A stretch of 64,000 nucleotides of DNA, taken from assembly GCA_018780035.1 (NCBI GenBank), contig JADMKE010000003.1:274753-338752 (forward strand), written 5' to 3'. The position numbers were made by a program, and so were the translations under genes. The stretch is from Candidatus Sericytochromatia bacterium (GTDB lineage: Bacteria > Cyanobacteriota > Sericytochromatia > UBA7694). Below, piece by piece: positions 10,258 to 20,706 of the stretch. The notes beneath the pieces were generated by a model, which was not told where the DNA came from, did not search any database, and saw nothing but the letters and a program-made list of their open reading frames with translations. The first letter of the stretch is position 1; every line of letters begins with the position of its first letter.

Positions 10258-11666
10258 TGCTGATACCCGCCTGGGTTCTGGGATGTTTGATAGGTGTAAA
10301 GCAACAGTTTGGTCATCAGCCAATGTTGATCTTTTTTACCCAAGCCATCTGATAAGGTTAAAAATTCTGGCAATACCTGATTATTATTGCCTTCACTTGA
10401 TTTTAAGCTGAGAGAGACACCCAAACGAGAGAGTTTGGTATGCACCTTATCCACACGACGAGTCACCTGAAAGATTGCCGATTTTGGAATTTGAATAGGC
10501 TCAGGTGCGTGTGAGAATTGAATCTGCATTTGTTCAGGTAAAAGTTTGATTTTAAATGCTTCACCAGCCAAATTTATAAACTGAAAAATAGCGAAAAGCA
10601 TCAATATATTACTAAATATGACATAGTTCCAAACAATCATGCCCCAAATCTGATCATTGGCAGAAAAACTCCCGATTGAAACCAAACGTATTAAAATTCC
10701 AACAAACCCCGAATTTGCCAGCAGAAGAATGAGCAAAACACTTAATAGTGGCGCATGTTGTTGCCACAAATTGATTGGATTAAAGCTGGGTTCAAGCTGG
10801 ATCTGAACTTCATCTGCATTCCGCAGGTAAAGCAAACGCCCCGATGGGGAACGCTCTCGTTGATAGCTAAGAGCTTGAATGGCTTCTAAGGCCGCCTCTG
10901 CACTGGGCAGACGCTCTTCCAGATCGGGTACCATCAATGCTTCCAACAGGCGCTGAAGTTCAAGTGAGCAGGAAACATAGGGACGAAAGTCTGGCATAAG
11001 GTGTTTTTGGGGCATTTCACCTGGTGCGCGCCCGGCCAATAGGTGCAAAAGGGTCGCTCCGAGACTGTACAAATCTGAAGCGGGGAGAGTTTGACCGGAA
11101 AACTGTTCTGGGGCCATATACCCAAATGTACCAATTACTGTTGAACTGCCTTTGGCAATAAAAATATCCCGAACGGCACCAAAGTCGATCAGAAAGAGTT
11201 CTGCTTGGTCGGTCCAAATCAAATTGGAGGGTTTGATATCTCTGTGTATCACCGCAGGCTCATGGTTGTGGAGGTATTTTAAAATTTCAAATCCCTGTCG
11301 GGCGATTTCAATCACTTCACTCTCTTTGGGACGCCACCCCGTTTGCAATCGCTGAGCCAAATTGGGGCCTTCGATCTGTTGCATTACCATGGTCAGACTC
11401 ACTTGCCCAGCTGAGGTTTCGTGAAAATAATCCAACAATTGGGGAATGCGTTGATGTTGAAGTGTTTGCAGGGTTTTGACTTCCCGCTCAAAGAGTTCCA
11501 TGGGTTTCCAATCACTTAATTGCCCCATTTGCAGACGTTTGAGAATAACAGGTTCTCCAAAGGCATTTTGTGCGCGAAAAACTTCGCGATTTTGATGGAA
11601 GCTGATTCTTTCAATCAGTTTATAACTTTTTCGCCTGAAAGAAGCCTGTTCCGATGACGCCATCAT
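10254..11666 (-). CDS. Ser/Thr protein kinase with a C-terminal 2-TM module (paralog of the downstream kinase)
   Basis: 'VILKRL', 'HRDIKPSNLIW', 'DFGAV', 'GTFGYMAPEQF'. The C-terminal TM pair and soluble tail resemble the modules of 7429..10257. Confidence 0.7.
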   Translation of the reverse strand: MMASSEQASFRRKSYKLIERISFHQNREVFRAQNAFGEPVILKRLQMGQLSDWKPMELFEREVKTLQTLQHQRIPQLLDYFHETSAGQVSLTMVMQQIEGPNLAQRLQTGWRPKESEVIEIARQGFEILKYLHNHEPAVIHRDIKPSNLIWTDQAELFLIDFGAVRDIFIAKGSSTVIGTFGYMAPEQFSGQTLPASDLYSLGATLLHLLAGRAPGEMPQKHLMPDFRPYVSCSLELQRLLEALMVPDLEERLPSAEAALEAIQALSYQRERSPSGRLLYLRNADEVQIQLEPSFNPINLWQQHAPLLSVLLILLLANSGFVGILIRLVSIGSFSANDQIWGMIVWNYVIFSNILMLFAIFQFINLAGEAFKIKLLPEQMQIQFSHAPEPIQIPKSAIFQVTRRVDKVHTKLSRLGVSLSLKSSEGNNNQVLPEFLTLSDGLGKKDQHWLMTKLLLYTYQTSQNPGGYQQ

Positions 11667-11818
11667 TCCCTCCAGTCGACAGATCCTTTGATTTTAGCAT
11701 TTATTTTCAGAACGATGTTCAATAAATGTATGCACATACCCTGGCTTTGAAAAAATGTGAAGTCGCCAGAATATCGCCCCCATTCATATTGAAACCCTTG
11801 AATCAGGTAAACTTCAAT

Positions 11819-13018
11819 ATGGCTAAAATCTGTTTTTTTGTGCCGCCTTTTCACGGCCACCTCAATCCGCTGTTGCCGCTGCTCTAGATCTTGGTACAGC
11901 GGGGTGAACATGTAATTTGTTACAATACCGACCCCTTTCGCGCGCAGATCGAAAAAACAAGCGCCCAATTTTGCGCTTATGATCTGCCTGACTTTTCAGC
12001 AGAAGCCTTTACCTTGGCACTGGCCGGTGGCAATCTGGCCAAAGTCACCGCGCTGATTTTACGCAAAACCGAAGAACTGTTGCCTTGTGTGCTCAAAAGT
12101 TTGCGCCGTGAACAGCCCGATTTAGTGGTCTTTGATTCCCTGGCTCTCTGGGCCAAAATCGCCAGCCAAATCATGGGAATCAAAGCTGCAGCCACGATCA
12201 GCCATTTTATCCTCGATGAAAATACGCTTTCCCCCCGCGATCTGGTTCCCCTGCTTTGGCAAATGTTGCCCCAATTGCCCGAGAACATCCTACTGCGCAA
12301 GCGCCTGATGCGTCTGTCGGGCAAAGCTTTCCCCCATCAGAACCCCCTCTTTCCGGTGCGCGACCAGCTCAATCTCGTCTTTACCAGCCGCCAATTGCAG
12401 CCTGATACCCCGCTGATTGACAGCCGTTTCCACTTTGTCGGCCCCGCACTCAACCCTGCTCTGCACTCAGAGACCTTTGATTTTAATTGGCTCAATGCAG
12501 ACCCGCTGGTATATATCTCCATGGGCACCGTTCACCCTTTACAACGCACTTTTTTTGAGGTTTGTTGCCAGATCTTTGACGGGCAGCGCGCCCAGTTTGT
12601 TTTTGCACTGGGGCCGTATACCGATCTCAGTGAAACAGGTCCCATCCCGCCAAATTTTAAACTCGCCTCTGCGGTACCTCAATTGGAAATTTTGCAAATG
12701 GCCGATCTGTTTATTTCCCATGGGGGACTCAACAGCATTCATGAATCGCTCTATTACGGTGTGCCTTTGCTCATGATTCCGCACCAATTTGAACAATTGC
12801 TCAACGCCCGCTGTGTGGCCCAAAAGGGTGCGGGGCTGATCCTGCCCCAATACTTCACCCATCACCCGATCACAACTTCAGATTTAAGCACGGCCTTTCA
12901 AAAAATATTTTTGAACCCGACGTATCGGGCCGCAGCGGGACATTTACAAGCAGATTTAAGGGCCACTGGGGGACCTGAAGTGGCGGCCAATCTGCTTCAG
13001 GCCTATTTGCAAAAATGA
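11819..13018 (+). pseudogene. GT1-family UDP-glycosyltransferase (MGT/macrolide-glycosyltransferase-like) interrupted by an in-frame TAG at 11885-11887
   Basis: ATG at 11819 encodes the canonical GT1 N-terminus 'MAKICFFVPPFHGHLNPLLPLL', then TAG, then in the same frame 'ILVQRGEHVICYNTD...'. The C-terminal signature is 'HGGLNSIHESLYYGVPLLMIPHQFEQLLNA'. The ORF track restarts at TTG 11891. Confidence 0.5.
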
Positions 13019-13065
13019 GGCGAATAGGGTAAATTCGTTTTTAACCTTGCGACAAAAAGATTGGC

Positions 13066-13995
13066 ATGTATACCAAACGCGAATTTCCCCTGAAGATGAT
13101 CTTGCGCTTTACCAGCCTCAATATTCTGGCCTTTGCCCTGCTCAGTTCATCAGTGGTGGCGGCCTACCAATACCTGCATTTCAAGATGATTGCCATTCCT
13201 TTCTTGCCAGTCTCGATGATAGGGGCCGCCTTGGCTTTTTATCTCGGATTTAAAAACAACAGCTCCTATGATCGGCTCTGGGAAGCCCGCAAAATCTGGG
13301 GAGGGATTGTCAACGACAGCCGGGCCTGGACAGCCATGCTCAATGCCTATCTCAACCCTGTCAATGATGAATCACTGTCTGAATCTGCTCTGAGCGAGAT
13401 CCGCCACGAATTGGCCAAACGCCATCTGGCCTGGATCTATGCCCATAAATTTCAGTTGCGCCACAAACGCATGAGCTGGGAACACAATCTGTCTCACAAC
13501 AACCTTTACCGGGAAAAATTTCAACAGGCCTTTGGCATCGGCACCGATCTCAAAACCGATTTGCAGCGCTATCTGCAACCGGCTGAGGCAGATGCCGTTA
13601 TGGCCTGTGCCAATCCCGCTGCGCAAATTTTGAATAACCAATCCCTGGCCCTAAAAAAACTCAGGCAAACCGATGTGATTGAAGATTTCCGCCTGTTTGA
13701 AATGCAAAACCACCTGAATAAACTCTTTGAGCACCAAGGCAAAAACGAGCGCATCAAAAACTTCCCTTTTCCGCGTCAATATTCGATGATGGTCAGTTTG
13801 TCTGTGAATATCTTTTGCTTTTTACTGCCCTTTGGTCTGATCTCTGAAATGGGTTCCAAAGGAGATCTGTATGTCTGGCTAACCGTGCCCTTTTCAGTGC
13901 TGATCTCTTGGGTCTATTTTTTCATGGAAATGAACAGCGATTATTGTGAAAATCCCTTTGAAGGCCTGATCAACGACGTGCCGATTCCAGCATGA
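13066..13995 (+). CDS. Bestrophin-family (UPF0187) membrane protein
   Basis: Hydrophobic N-terminal helices and the family-typical 'FKNNSSYDRLWEARKIWGGIVN' motif. ~300 aa, the size of bacterial bestrophin homologs. Confidence 0.6.
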   Translation: MYTKREFPLKMILRFTSLNILAFALLSSSVVAAYQYLHFKMIAIPFLPVSMIGAALAFYLGFKNNSSYDRLWEARKIWGGIVNDSRAWTAMLNAYLNPVNDESLSESALSEIRHELAKRHLAWIYAHKFQLRHKRMSWEHNLSHNNLYREKFQQAFGIGTDLKTDLQRYLQPAEADAVMACANPAAQILNNQSLALKKLRQTDVIEDFRLFEMQNHLNKLFEHQGKNERIKNFPFPRQYSMMVSLSVNIFCFLLPFGLISEMGSKGDLYVWLTVPFSVLISWVYFFMEMNSDYCENPFEGLINDVPIPA

Positions 13996-14155
13996 GCCGC
14001 AATATTGAAATTGACATGCTACAAATGTTGGGCATGACAGAAGTTCCCCCGCCGATTGGCGAACAAGATGGCGTGTTGATGTAAACCACTCAGACTGGCA
14101 TCTGAACCCTGTTTAGCCCACCTTTTTTAATATGCGAATGGCATAAATTTGTGAC

Positions 14156-14407
14156 TTAAATTTGCCCAATAACTCGCCGGGTTTGGGCCCCAAGGGGTCG
14201 TTGATCAGATAGTCTTGGCCCTGTTTGCTGGTAAAAGGGGATTTTATCCAACTTCAGGTTTTGTGACTGTCCCCCACGAAAAGCAATGCCCGGAACCGAG
14301 CGGGGCAGCTTGCGCCAAGCATATAGGCCAACAATGACAAGTATGCCCAAGAGCAGAACCAAGCGCAAGCGAGCGAATCGCGAATTTTTAAGTGACTGAG
14401 CCATCAA
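14156..14407 (-). CDS. Small hypothetical membrane protein (83 aa)
   Basis: One predicted TM helix ('LRLVLLLGILVIVGLYAW'). Composition is odd. Weak call. Confidence 0.2.
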   Translation of the reverse strand: MMAQSLKNSRFARLRLVLLLGILVIVGLYAWRKLPRSVPGIAFRGGQSQNLKLDKIPFYQQTGPRLSDQRPLGAQTRRVIGQI

Positions 14408-14551
14408 ACCATGTCTCCTGCTTCAGATTCTTCTCTCCCAATTGTGCCACAGGATAGCTGGGAATAAGTCCAGAAATAGGCTGTTCTTTCACAACCTGCG
14501 GGTGTATCATAGAGTATAAAGCAAGCCCCAAAAACGAAAGGCATTAACCCT

Positions 14552-14710
14552 ATGTTTGGTATTGGTGTTCCCGAACTGCTCCTGATCCTCGCTCTGGCCC
14601 TGATTATCTTTGGCCCAGGCAAATTGCCCGATGTCGGCAAAGCTGTTGGCAAAGCCTTGGGTGAATTCCGCAACGCCTCCCGCGAAATTGAATCTGAAAT
14701 CAAGAAATAA
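14552..14710 (+). CDS. tatA: Twin-arginine translocase subunit TatA/E
   Basis: Not in the ORF track (52 aa). It translates to 'MFGIGVPELLLILALALIIFGPGKLPDVGKAVGKALGEFRNASREIESEIKK', the classic TatA TM plus amphipathic helix. Confidence 0.75.
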   Translation: MFGIGVPELLLILALALIIFGPGKLPDVGKAVGKALGEFRNASREIESEIKK

Positions 14711-14713
14711 CGA

Positions 14714-16699
14714 GTGGCATTCGCGCTCAAAAGTAAATACCAGCCTTCCGGTGATCAGCCTGCGGCAATTGAAGCCCTCAACAAAGGTTTAGAAGCAGGC
14801 CATCACTGTCAGACGCTCTTGGGGGTCACAGGCTCTGGCAAAACGTTTACTGTGGCCAATGTGATTCAGCATCACAACGTGCCTACGCTGGTCATGGCCC
14901 ACAACAAAACCTTGGCGGCCCAGCTCTGCAACGAGCTGCGGGAGTTTTTTCCAGACAACGCCGTCGAATATTTTGTCAGTTATTACGATTATTACCGCCC
15001 CGAAGCCTATATCCCCCAGAGCGACACCTTTGTTGAAAAAACCGCCGCGGTCAACCAAGAGATTGACCGACTGCGCCACTCAGCCACCCGCTCCCTGCTT
15101 GACCGCCGTGACGTGATCATTGTTGCGAGTGTCTCGTGTATTTACGGTTTGGGCACCCCTCAAGAATACCTCAATGCCGCAATTCAGCTCAAAACCGGGC
15201 AAATGATCGACTTCAAGAAACTGCTCTACGCCTTGACCGAGGTGCAATACCAGCGCAACGATTACGAACTCTCGCGGGGCATGTTTCGTGTGCGCGGAGA
15301 AATGCTCGAAATAGGCCTGCCCTATGACGAACACGTCCTGCGCATCGAATTCTTTGACCAAGAAATTGAGCGAATTTCCGAAGTTGACCCCGTCAGTGGC
15401 AAACGCTTAAAAGATCTCAAACATGTCAGAATTTACCCCGCCAAACACTTTGTCATGGATCCCGAAGAGCTGCAACGGGCTGTGCGCGATATTGAAGCCG
15501 AATTGGCTGTTCGCCTCAAAGAACTTGAAGGCGAAAACAAATTGCTTGAAGCCCAGCGCCTCAAACAGCGCACCACCTACGATTTGGAAATGTTGCAAGA
15601 GGTGGGTTATTGCAATGGGATCGAAAATTACTCCCGCCATATGGAAGGCCGCACACCGGGCTCAGCTCCCTCAACCCTGGTGGACTATTTCCCCGACGAT
15701 TTTTTGGTGATTATCGACGAGTCGCACGTCACCCTGCCCCAATTGCGGGCCATGTATGAAGGCGACCGCAGCCGCAAACAGACCCTGGTGGACCACGGCT
15801 TTCGCCTGCCCAGTGCCCTGGACAACCGCCCACTCAAGTTTGACGAGCTCTGGAAAAAACTTAAAAAGCAGATCTTTGTCTCAGCCACACCTGCAGATTT
15901 TGAAATCCAAAACAGTGCCCAGGTCGTTGAGCAAATTGTGAGACCCACCGGCCTGCTCGATCCCCTGATCGAGGTGCGACCACTCGAAAACCAAGTCGAT
16001 GACCTCATTGGCGAAATTCAGACCACAGTGGCACGGGGTGAGCGGGTGCTTGCAACCACGCTGACCAAACGGATGGCTGAAGACCTCACCAGCTATTTGG
16101 CGGAGCTCAAAATCCAGGTCAAATACCTGCACTCAGATATTGATGCGATTGAGCGGATTGAAATTCTGAGCGACTTGCGCTCGGGCAAATTTGATGTCTT
16201 AATTGGCGTCAATCTGCTCAGAGAGGGCCTGGATTTGCCAGAAGTCTCTTTGGTGGCCATTCTGGACGCCGACAAAGAGGGATTTTTGCGCAGCCACCGC
16301 GCCTTGATTCAGACCATTGGCCGTGCAGCCCGCCATCTCCAGGGCCGCGTGATACTCTACGGCAATAAATACACCGACTCCATGGCTTTGGCTGTGGGTG
16401 AAACTGAGCGCCGCCGCACGAAACAGGAAGCTTACAACAAAGAACACGGGATTACCCCCACGGCGATTGTCAAAGGGCACCACAATCCCCTTTTAGAAAA
16501 ACTGCGGGTGTCGGATAAATCTGAAACTTATCAAGCCAAAGTGCGGCTGGTGCCAGACAATGGCAATCTGGATGACTTGCTTAAAACCCTCGAAGCAGAA
16601 ATGCTTGCCGCCGCAGATATGTTGGATTTTGAAAGGGCCGTCGTGCTGCGCGACCAGCTCAAAGAAATGCAGCAGCTCCGCAAAATGAGCCGGGCTTAG
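14714..16699 (+). CDS. uvrB: Excinuclease ABC subunit B (UvrB)
   Basis: 661 aa. Helicase motifs 'GVTGSGKT', 'DESH'. C-terminal UVR domain '[16 protein letters not shown]'. Ends with TAG. Confidence 0.9.
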   Translation: MAFALKSKYQPSGDQPAAIEALNKGLEAGHHCQTLLGVTGSGKTFTVANVIQHHNVPTLVMAHNKTLAAQLCNELREFFPDNAVEYFVSYYDYYRPEAYIPQSDTFVEKTAAVNQEIDRLRHSATRSLLDRRDVIIVASVSCIYGLGTPQEYLNAAIQLKTGQMIDFKKLLYALTEVQYQRNDYELSRGMFRVRGEMLEIGLPYDEHVLRIEFFDQEIERISEVDPVSGKRLKDLKHVRIYPAKHFVMDPEELQRAVRDIEAELAVRLKELEGENKLLEAQRLKQRTTYDLEMLQEVGYCNGIENYSRHMEGRTPGSAPSTLVDYFPDDFLVIIDESHVTLPQLRAMYEGDRSRKQTLVDHGFRLPSALDNRPLKFDELWKKLKKQIFVSATPADFEIQNSAQVVEQIVRPTGLLDPLIEVRPLENQVDDLIGEIQTTVARGERVLATTLTKRMAEDLTSYLAELKIQVKYLHSDIDAIERIEILSDLRSGKFDVLIGVNLLREGLDLPEVSLVAILDADKEGFLRSHRALIQTIGRAARHLQGRVILYGNKYTDSMALAVGETERRRTKQEAYNKEHGITPTAIVKGHHNPLLEKLRVSDKSETYQAKVRLVPDNGNLDDLLKTLEAEMLAAADMLDFERAVVLRDQLKEMQQLRKMSRA

Positions 16700-16701
16700 C
16701 C

Positions 16702-18972
16702 ATGGCTGAGTTGCGCACGATCCAAAAAGCCGAAGTCAAAGACTTTGTCGGCATTCGCTATTTGCTCGCCCTGAGCGACCAATACGCAGTGATTCCCTAT
16801 CCATTGCGCTCTCTGGGCCTGCAGAACACCGACCAGGACCTGTTTATGCTCGTGATTGGCCCCACGGGCATCTTTTTACTCTCTTACCATTTAATCTACA
16901 AACGCGAACAATCTCAACACTACCTCACCCTGGCCTATGATATCGAGCGCAGCGCGGATATGCTCGAACACTATCTGCTGCGTTATCTCTCGGGCCTGCC
17001 GATGATCCGCCAAGCAATTGTGGTTCACGACGGCAATATTCAGGGCCAGGCCACCGAACGGGTGGGTTTTGTGGGCTGGAGTAAGTTGCGCGCCTGGGTC
17101 GAAGAAGGGCCTGTGATTTTGGAGCCCGCAACTACGCGCAAAATGCTTCAAGTTCTCAAAGCCGAATTGCTCTACCAGCGGGTCTTTCGCTACCAGATTC
17201 TGTGTGAGATCGACCGCTCACCGGGGCAATTGCGCTATTTGGCGATGGACACGGTTGAAGACCGGCCAGTGGTTTTAAAAGAGGTCTTTTTGCCCCAGGG
17301 CGCCTCCCACGAAGACTCTCACGCTTTGATTCGTGGCGCCAAATTGGCACGGGAATTGCAACACGAGAATATTGTCCAAGTTGAAAATATCGTGCCCCGC
17401 GAAGACCGGGTGTATATCGTCAGTGAGTGGTGCGAAGGTGCCATTTCGCTCCGCCAATACCTCGACGAACATCCCGGCACCTTGCCGCTGACCACAGCGA
17501 TTCAATTGATCAAAGACCTCTGTCAGGCCCTGATGGCGGCCCATGCCAAAGGCATTATCCACCGCAACTTGACTCCAGATAACCTGCTTGTCACTCCCGA
17601 ACACCGGCTCAAGGTCTTTAACTTTGACGCGGCCAAAAAAGAGGGCATGCACACCTTGCAAAGCACGGCCCTGAAGAAACTCACCGAAGAAAACCCCTAT
17701 GCCGACCCCGATTATGCCATTGGCACACACCAGGTCGATCAGCGTGTGGACGTCTACTCTGTGGGGGTGATCTTCTACGAATTGCTGACGGGAAACAAAC
17801 CCACCCACTACGATGAATTGCTCTGGGAACCTCCCAGCAAGCTGATCCCAGGCTTACCGACATATATGGACCGCCTGATCGCCCGAGCCATCAAATTTGA
17901 CAAAGACCAGCGCTATTCTACCATTCACGCCTTTTATTCGGCCCTCGAAAAAGGCACCAGTGACCTGATTGGCTCACGCTATGAATTATTGGGTAACGAG
18001 GTTCACAAAGCCCCCAATAGTTTGATCTTCAAGGCCCGCGATACCCAAACCGGCCAAATGGTGGCCTTAAAAAAACTGCTGGTGCCACCCACCACAGATT
18101 ACCAAACCCGGCTTCAGACCTTGCAAATGACCCTCGACCCGCTCAAAGAACTCAAATACCTGCAGCACAACGCCCTGGTGCGTGTGATCGATACCTTGAT
18201 CGAAGATGATGATGGTTATGTCGTGATGGAATGGGTCGAAGGGCGCAATTTACGCGAGCATCTCAAGGCTTTGCCCAATCACGATGGCCTCTTGCCCGAA
18301 GAAATCCGTCATATTGGCCTGCAACTCTCAGATGTCCTGCATTATATCCACCAAGAGGGCTATGTACATGGGGATATTAAACCCGAGAACGTGATGTTGT
18401 CACAGGATTGGAAAGTGACACTGCTGGATTTTGTGCCTTGGAGCAAACACGAAACCGGCACGCTGCAAAAGATCCCCAAAACCACCCGTTATATGGCTCC
18501 CGAGCTGCTTGAAGGCAGCCATGTGCCCGACGAGCAAACCGACCTCTTTGCCCTGGGGGTCTTGATGTATGAATTGTTGACCCACCGTTTCCCTTATGAT
18601 TACGCTCAATTGCGCAGCCAAGGCAAAGGCGAGAGTGGGCCCCGCCCGCTTCCTCTTGATGAAAAAGTGCCCGAAGATTTGGCCCAAGTGGTGTTTAAAG
18701 CCCTGGCGTTTGAACGTGCGGGTCGCTACAACAGTTTTGAGTCTTTTCAAGTGGATCTGGAAAACAAATGTGATGTTTCTGAACCTCCCGCCCGGCTGGA
18801 GGCTGCGATCCAGAGCCGTTTGAAGCCCAGCAATCACGATGACATTCCCCGTTTGGTCTGGGTTTCAGCGGGGCTGGCTGTGCTTTTGATGGGGATATAC
18901 CTCTTTCAAGAAATCCAGCAATGGGTCAATCCCTCAGATATTCCCGTTCTCAAGGAGATACAATATGAGTAA
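16702..18972 (+). CDS. NERD-like N-terminal domain + tandem degenerate Ser/Thr-kinase-like domains + C-terminal TM helix
   Basis: Starts 2 nt after the uvrB stop. The N-terminal ~150 aa ('DLFMLVIGPTGIFLLSYHLIY') resemble a NERD fold. Kinase-like 1 has 'HRNLTPDNLLV' and 'NFDAAK' (catalytic D->N, DFG->NFD). Kinase-like 2 has 'HGDIKPENVML' and 'DFV'. C-terminal TM 'LVWVSAGLAVLLMGIYLF'. Confidence 0.55.
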   Translation: MAELRTIQKAEVKDFVGIRYLLALSDQYAVIPYPLRSLGLQNTDQDLFMLVIGPTGIFLLSYHLIYKREQSQHYLTLAYDIERSADMLEHYLLRYLSGLPMIRQAIVVHDGNIQGQATERVGFVGWSKLRAWVEEGPVILEPATTRKMLQVLKAELLYQRVFRYQILCEIDRSPGQLRYLAMDTVEDRPVVLKEVFLPQGASHEDSHALIRGAKLARELQHENIVQVENIVPREDRVYIVSEWCEGAISLRQYLDEHPGTLPLTTAIQLIKDLCQALMAAHAKGIIHRNLTPDNLLVTPEHRLKVFNFDAAKKEGMHTLQSTALKKLTEENPYADPDYAIGTHQVDQRVDVYSVGVIFYELLTGNKPTHYDELLWEPPSKLIPGLPTYMDRLIARAIKFDKDQRYSTIHAFYSALEKGTSDLIGSRYELLGNEVHKAPNSLIFKARDTQTGQMVALKKLLVPPTTDYQTRLQTLQMTLDPLKELKYLQHNALVRVIDTLIEDDDGYVVMEWVEGRNLREHLKALPNHDGLLPEEIRHIGLQLSDVLHYIHQEGYVHGDIKPENVMLSQDWKVTLLDFVPWSKHETGTLQKIPKTTRYMAPELLEGSHVPDEQTDLFALGVLMYELLTHRFPYDYAQLRSQGKGESGPRPLPLDEKVPEDLAQVVFKALAFERAGRYNSFESFQVDLENKCDVSEPPARLEAAIQSRLKPSNHDDIPRLVWVSAGLAVLLMGIYLFQEIQQWVNPSDIPVLKEIQYE

Positions 18973-19642
18973 AGTTTGGTGGCTCTCTTCGGAGATCCTG
19001 TTAAAATCCCTGCCTGATGAAGACTATACCCGTCTTTTTCAATTGATGCACGTGGCGCCCTTCGACGCCAACCGTACGGTTTTCTCTTCCAGTTTGCCGG
19101 GTGACGTGATCTATTGCGTTCGCCAAGGCAGTTTGCGTTTTATCCAAAATACCCCCGCTGGCAGTACCCGGCGTTTGACCACTTTGATCAAAGGGGATAT
19201 GTTTGGCAGCCTGGATTTGGTCGATCAGGGCTTTCGACGGGCCCAAATTTCGACCGAAACTCCCGTGCAATTGTTGGTGCTGCGCAAACATTCTTATGAA
19301 AAGCTGATGAAATTTTATCCAGCCATGAGTGCCCGACTGGTGACTGTGCTCAAAAAACATTTGAGCCAAAACTACCACCATCACCACGAAATGCTGGCCA
19401 AGCAGAGCCGTTCCCGCATACTCAGACTCTTGCACCACACCTTTGTCCATCCCGATTACCATCCCGAAGCCCATACCCTGATGTCTTGCCCGTTGCGAGA
19501 ATGGGCCGAACTGACTGGCAGCAGCAGTGAAGCAGTGGAATTGGTGATGGAGAGCCTGGAAGAGCAGAAAATTATCCAGATCAAAGGCAATGGTGTACGC
19601 GTCTTGGAGCCCGCATTGCTTTTGGCACAGTCTCACCCGTGA
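18965..19642 (+). CDS. Crp/Fnr-family regulator (cNMP-binding domain + C-terminal HTH)
   Basis: 'GDMFGSLDLVDQG' cNMP-binding core. The C-terminal 'EWAELTGSSSEAVELVMESLEEQKIIQ' is HTH-like. Overlaps the upstream gene by 8 nt. Confidence 0.65.
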   Translation: MSKVWWLSSEILLKSLPDEDYTRLFQLMHVAPFDANRTVFSSSLPGDVIYCVRQGSLRFIQNTPAGSTRRLTTLIKGDMFGSLDLVDQGFRRAQISTETPVQLLVLRKHSYEKLMKFYPAMSARLVTVLKKHLSQNYHHHHEMLAKQSRSRILRLLHHTFVHPDYHPEAHTLMSCPLREWAELTGSSSEAVELVMESLEEQKIIQIKGNGVRVLEPALLLAQSHP

Positions 19643-20703
19643 TAGCGCCTAACCTGACTCGGTTGTTTCTGCTTGTGGTGGTATGGTTGGGACTGGGTTC
19701 CGCCTCCTTTGCTGCAGACTACCTCTCCTGGCCCAGCTTGACTGGCTTTGCCCGCTACAGCCCCCATGGACGCAAAATTATCCGGCTCTCAGACAGAACC
19801 CTGGAACTCTGGTCGGGCAAAGAGCCCAAACGTCTCAGGCGGATGGGGGTCTCTCAACCCCTGGTAGACGCGCAATACAGCCACGATGGTCGATTCCTGG
19901 TAGCGGGCAGCGAAGCGGGGGTTTATACCGTTTGGCGCAGCTCGGATTATAAACGTATTTTTGAACTCAAAGATCCCTCTGAGGGCCGTTCCAATCAACC
20001 CTTTACGCTCAGCCCCGATGGCAACTATCTAACTGTCTGTAAACTTTTCGAACGGACTGAGAACAAAAAACAGTGGCTGGATTTTTACTTGCATATTTGG
20101 GATCTCTCCAATGGCCGCAAGGTCGATACCATTTTTGTCTCGCGCACCCCCAACCGGATGCCAGGGCATTTCCCTGTGGTCAGTGTCGCATGGCATCCCC
20201 TTGGACGCTTTCTCACAACGGCAATGGAATGGGATCAGGGCGCAGGTAAAATTACCCCCACCTTTATCCAGGTTTTGGATCTCTGGCAGGGCCGGTGGAT
20301 CTATTGGGTGCCAGGCGCGCCGCCTGCAGAATACAGCCAGAATGGGGAATTCTTTGCTTTTTTAAGTCCTGTGGATACCAGCCCAAACCCCAAATGGCAA
20401 ATATCACTCTGGAATACCCGTGTAGACCTGTTCAAAACACTCAAACCCCAAGGTGATCTTTCGATCGATTCAGGTTTAACCGTCAGTGCAAAAGGCAATT
20501 TACTTGCGTATCTCGTGGCCTATTCCAATAATCAAAAAGCGGTGTTTGTGCATTCCACCCGGGATCTGAGTCTCAAAGCCCAGTTTCGCATTTCAGATTC
20601 AGCTGACAGTTTGTCGATCAGTCCCGACGAAACGACGCTCTTGGTTTCGAGCTTTTCAGATCCCACCTTTGCGGTCAGGGTCTATCCCCTCCCCAAACAC
20701 TGA
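19639..20703 (+). CDS. Secreted WD40/PD40-like beta-propeller protein
   Basis: Signal peptide 'LFLLVVVWLGLGSASFA'. Repeats such as 'YSHDGRFLVAGSEAGVYTVW', 'LSPDGNYLTVC', 'VAWHPLGRFLTTA'. Confidence 0.5.
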   Translation: MIAPNLTRLFLLVVVWLGLGSASFAADYLSWPSLTGFARYSPHGRKIIRLSDRTLELWSGKEPKRLRRMGVSQPLVDAQYSHDGRFLVAGSEAGVYTVWRSSDYKRIFELKDPSEGRSNQPFTLSPDGNYLTVCKLFERTENKKQWLDFYLHIWDLSNGRKVDTIFVSRTPNRMPGHFPVVSVAWHPLGRFLTTAMEWDQGAGKITPTFIQVLDLWQGRWIYWVPGAPPAEYSQNGEFFAFLSPVDTSPNPKWQISLWNTRVDLFKTLKPQGDLSIDSGLTVSAKGNLLAYLVAYSNNQKAVFVHSTRDLSLKAQFRISDSADSLSISPDETTLLVSSFSDPTFAVRVYPLPKH

Positions 20704-20706
20704 GCC

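Noticed and set aside
11885-11887. Alternative genetic code in which TAG is a sense codon
   Set aside because: uvrB ends in TAG directly before the next gene, and ORFs are otherwise long and clean. The standard code applies.
17275-17808. 177-aa ORF antisense to the tandem-kinase gene (also 16891..17151 and 17156..17350)
   Set aside because: These are mirror-frame ORFs inside a GC-rich coding region.
19001-19636. 211-aa ORF antisense to the Crp-like gene
   Set aside because: The sense strand has a clear cNMP-binding domain. The antisense frame is an artefact.
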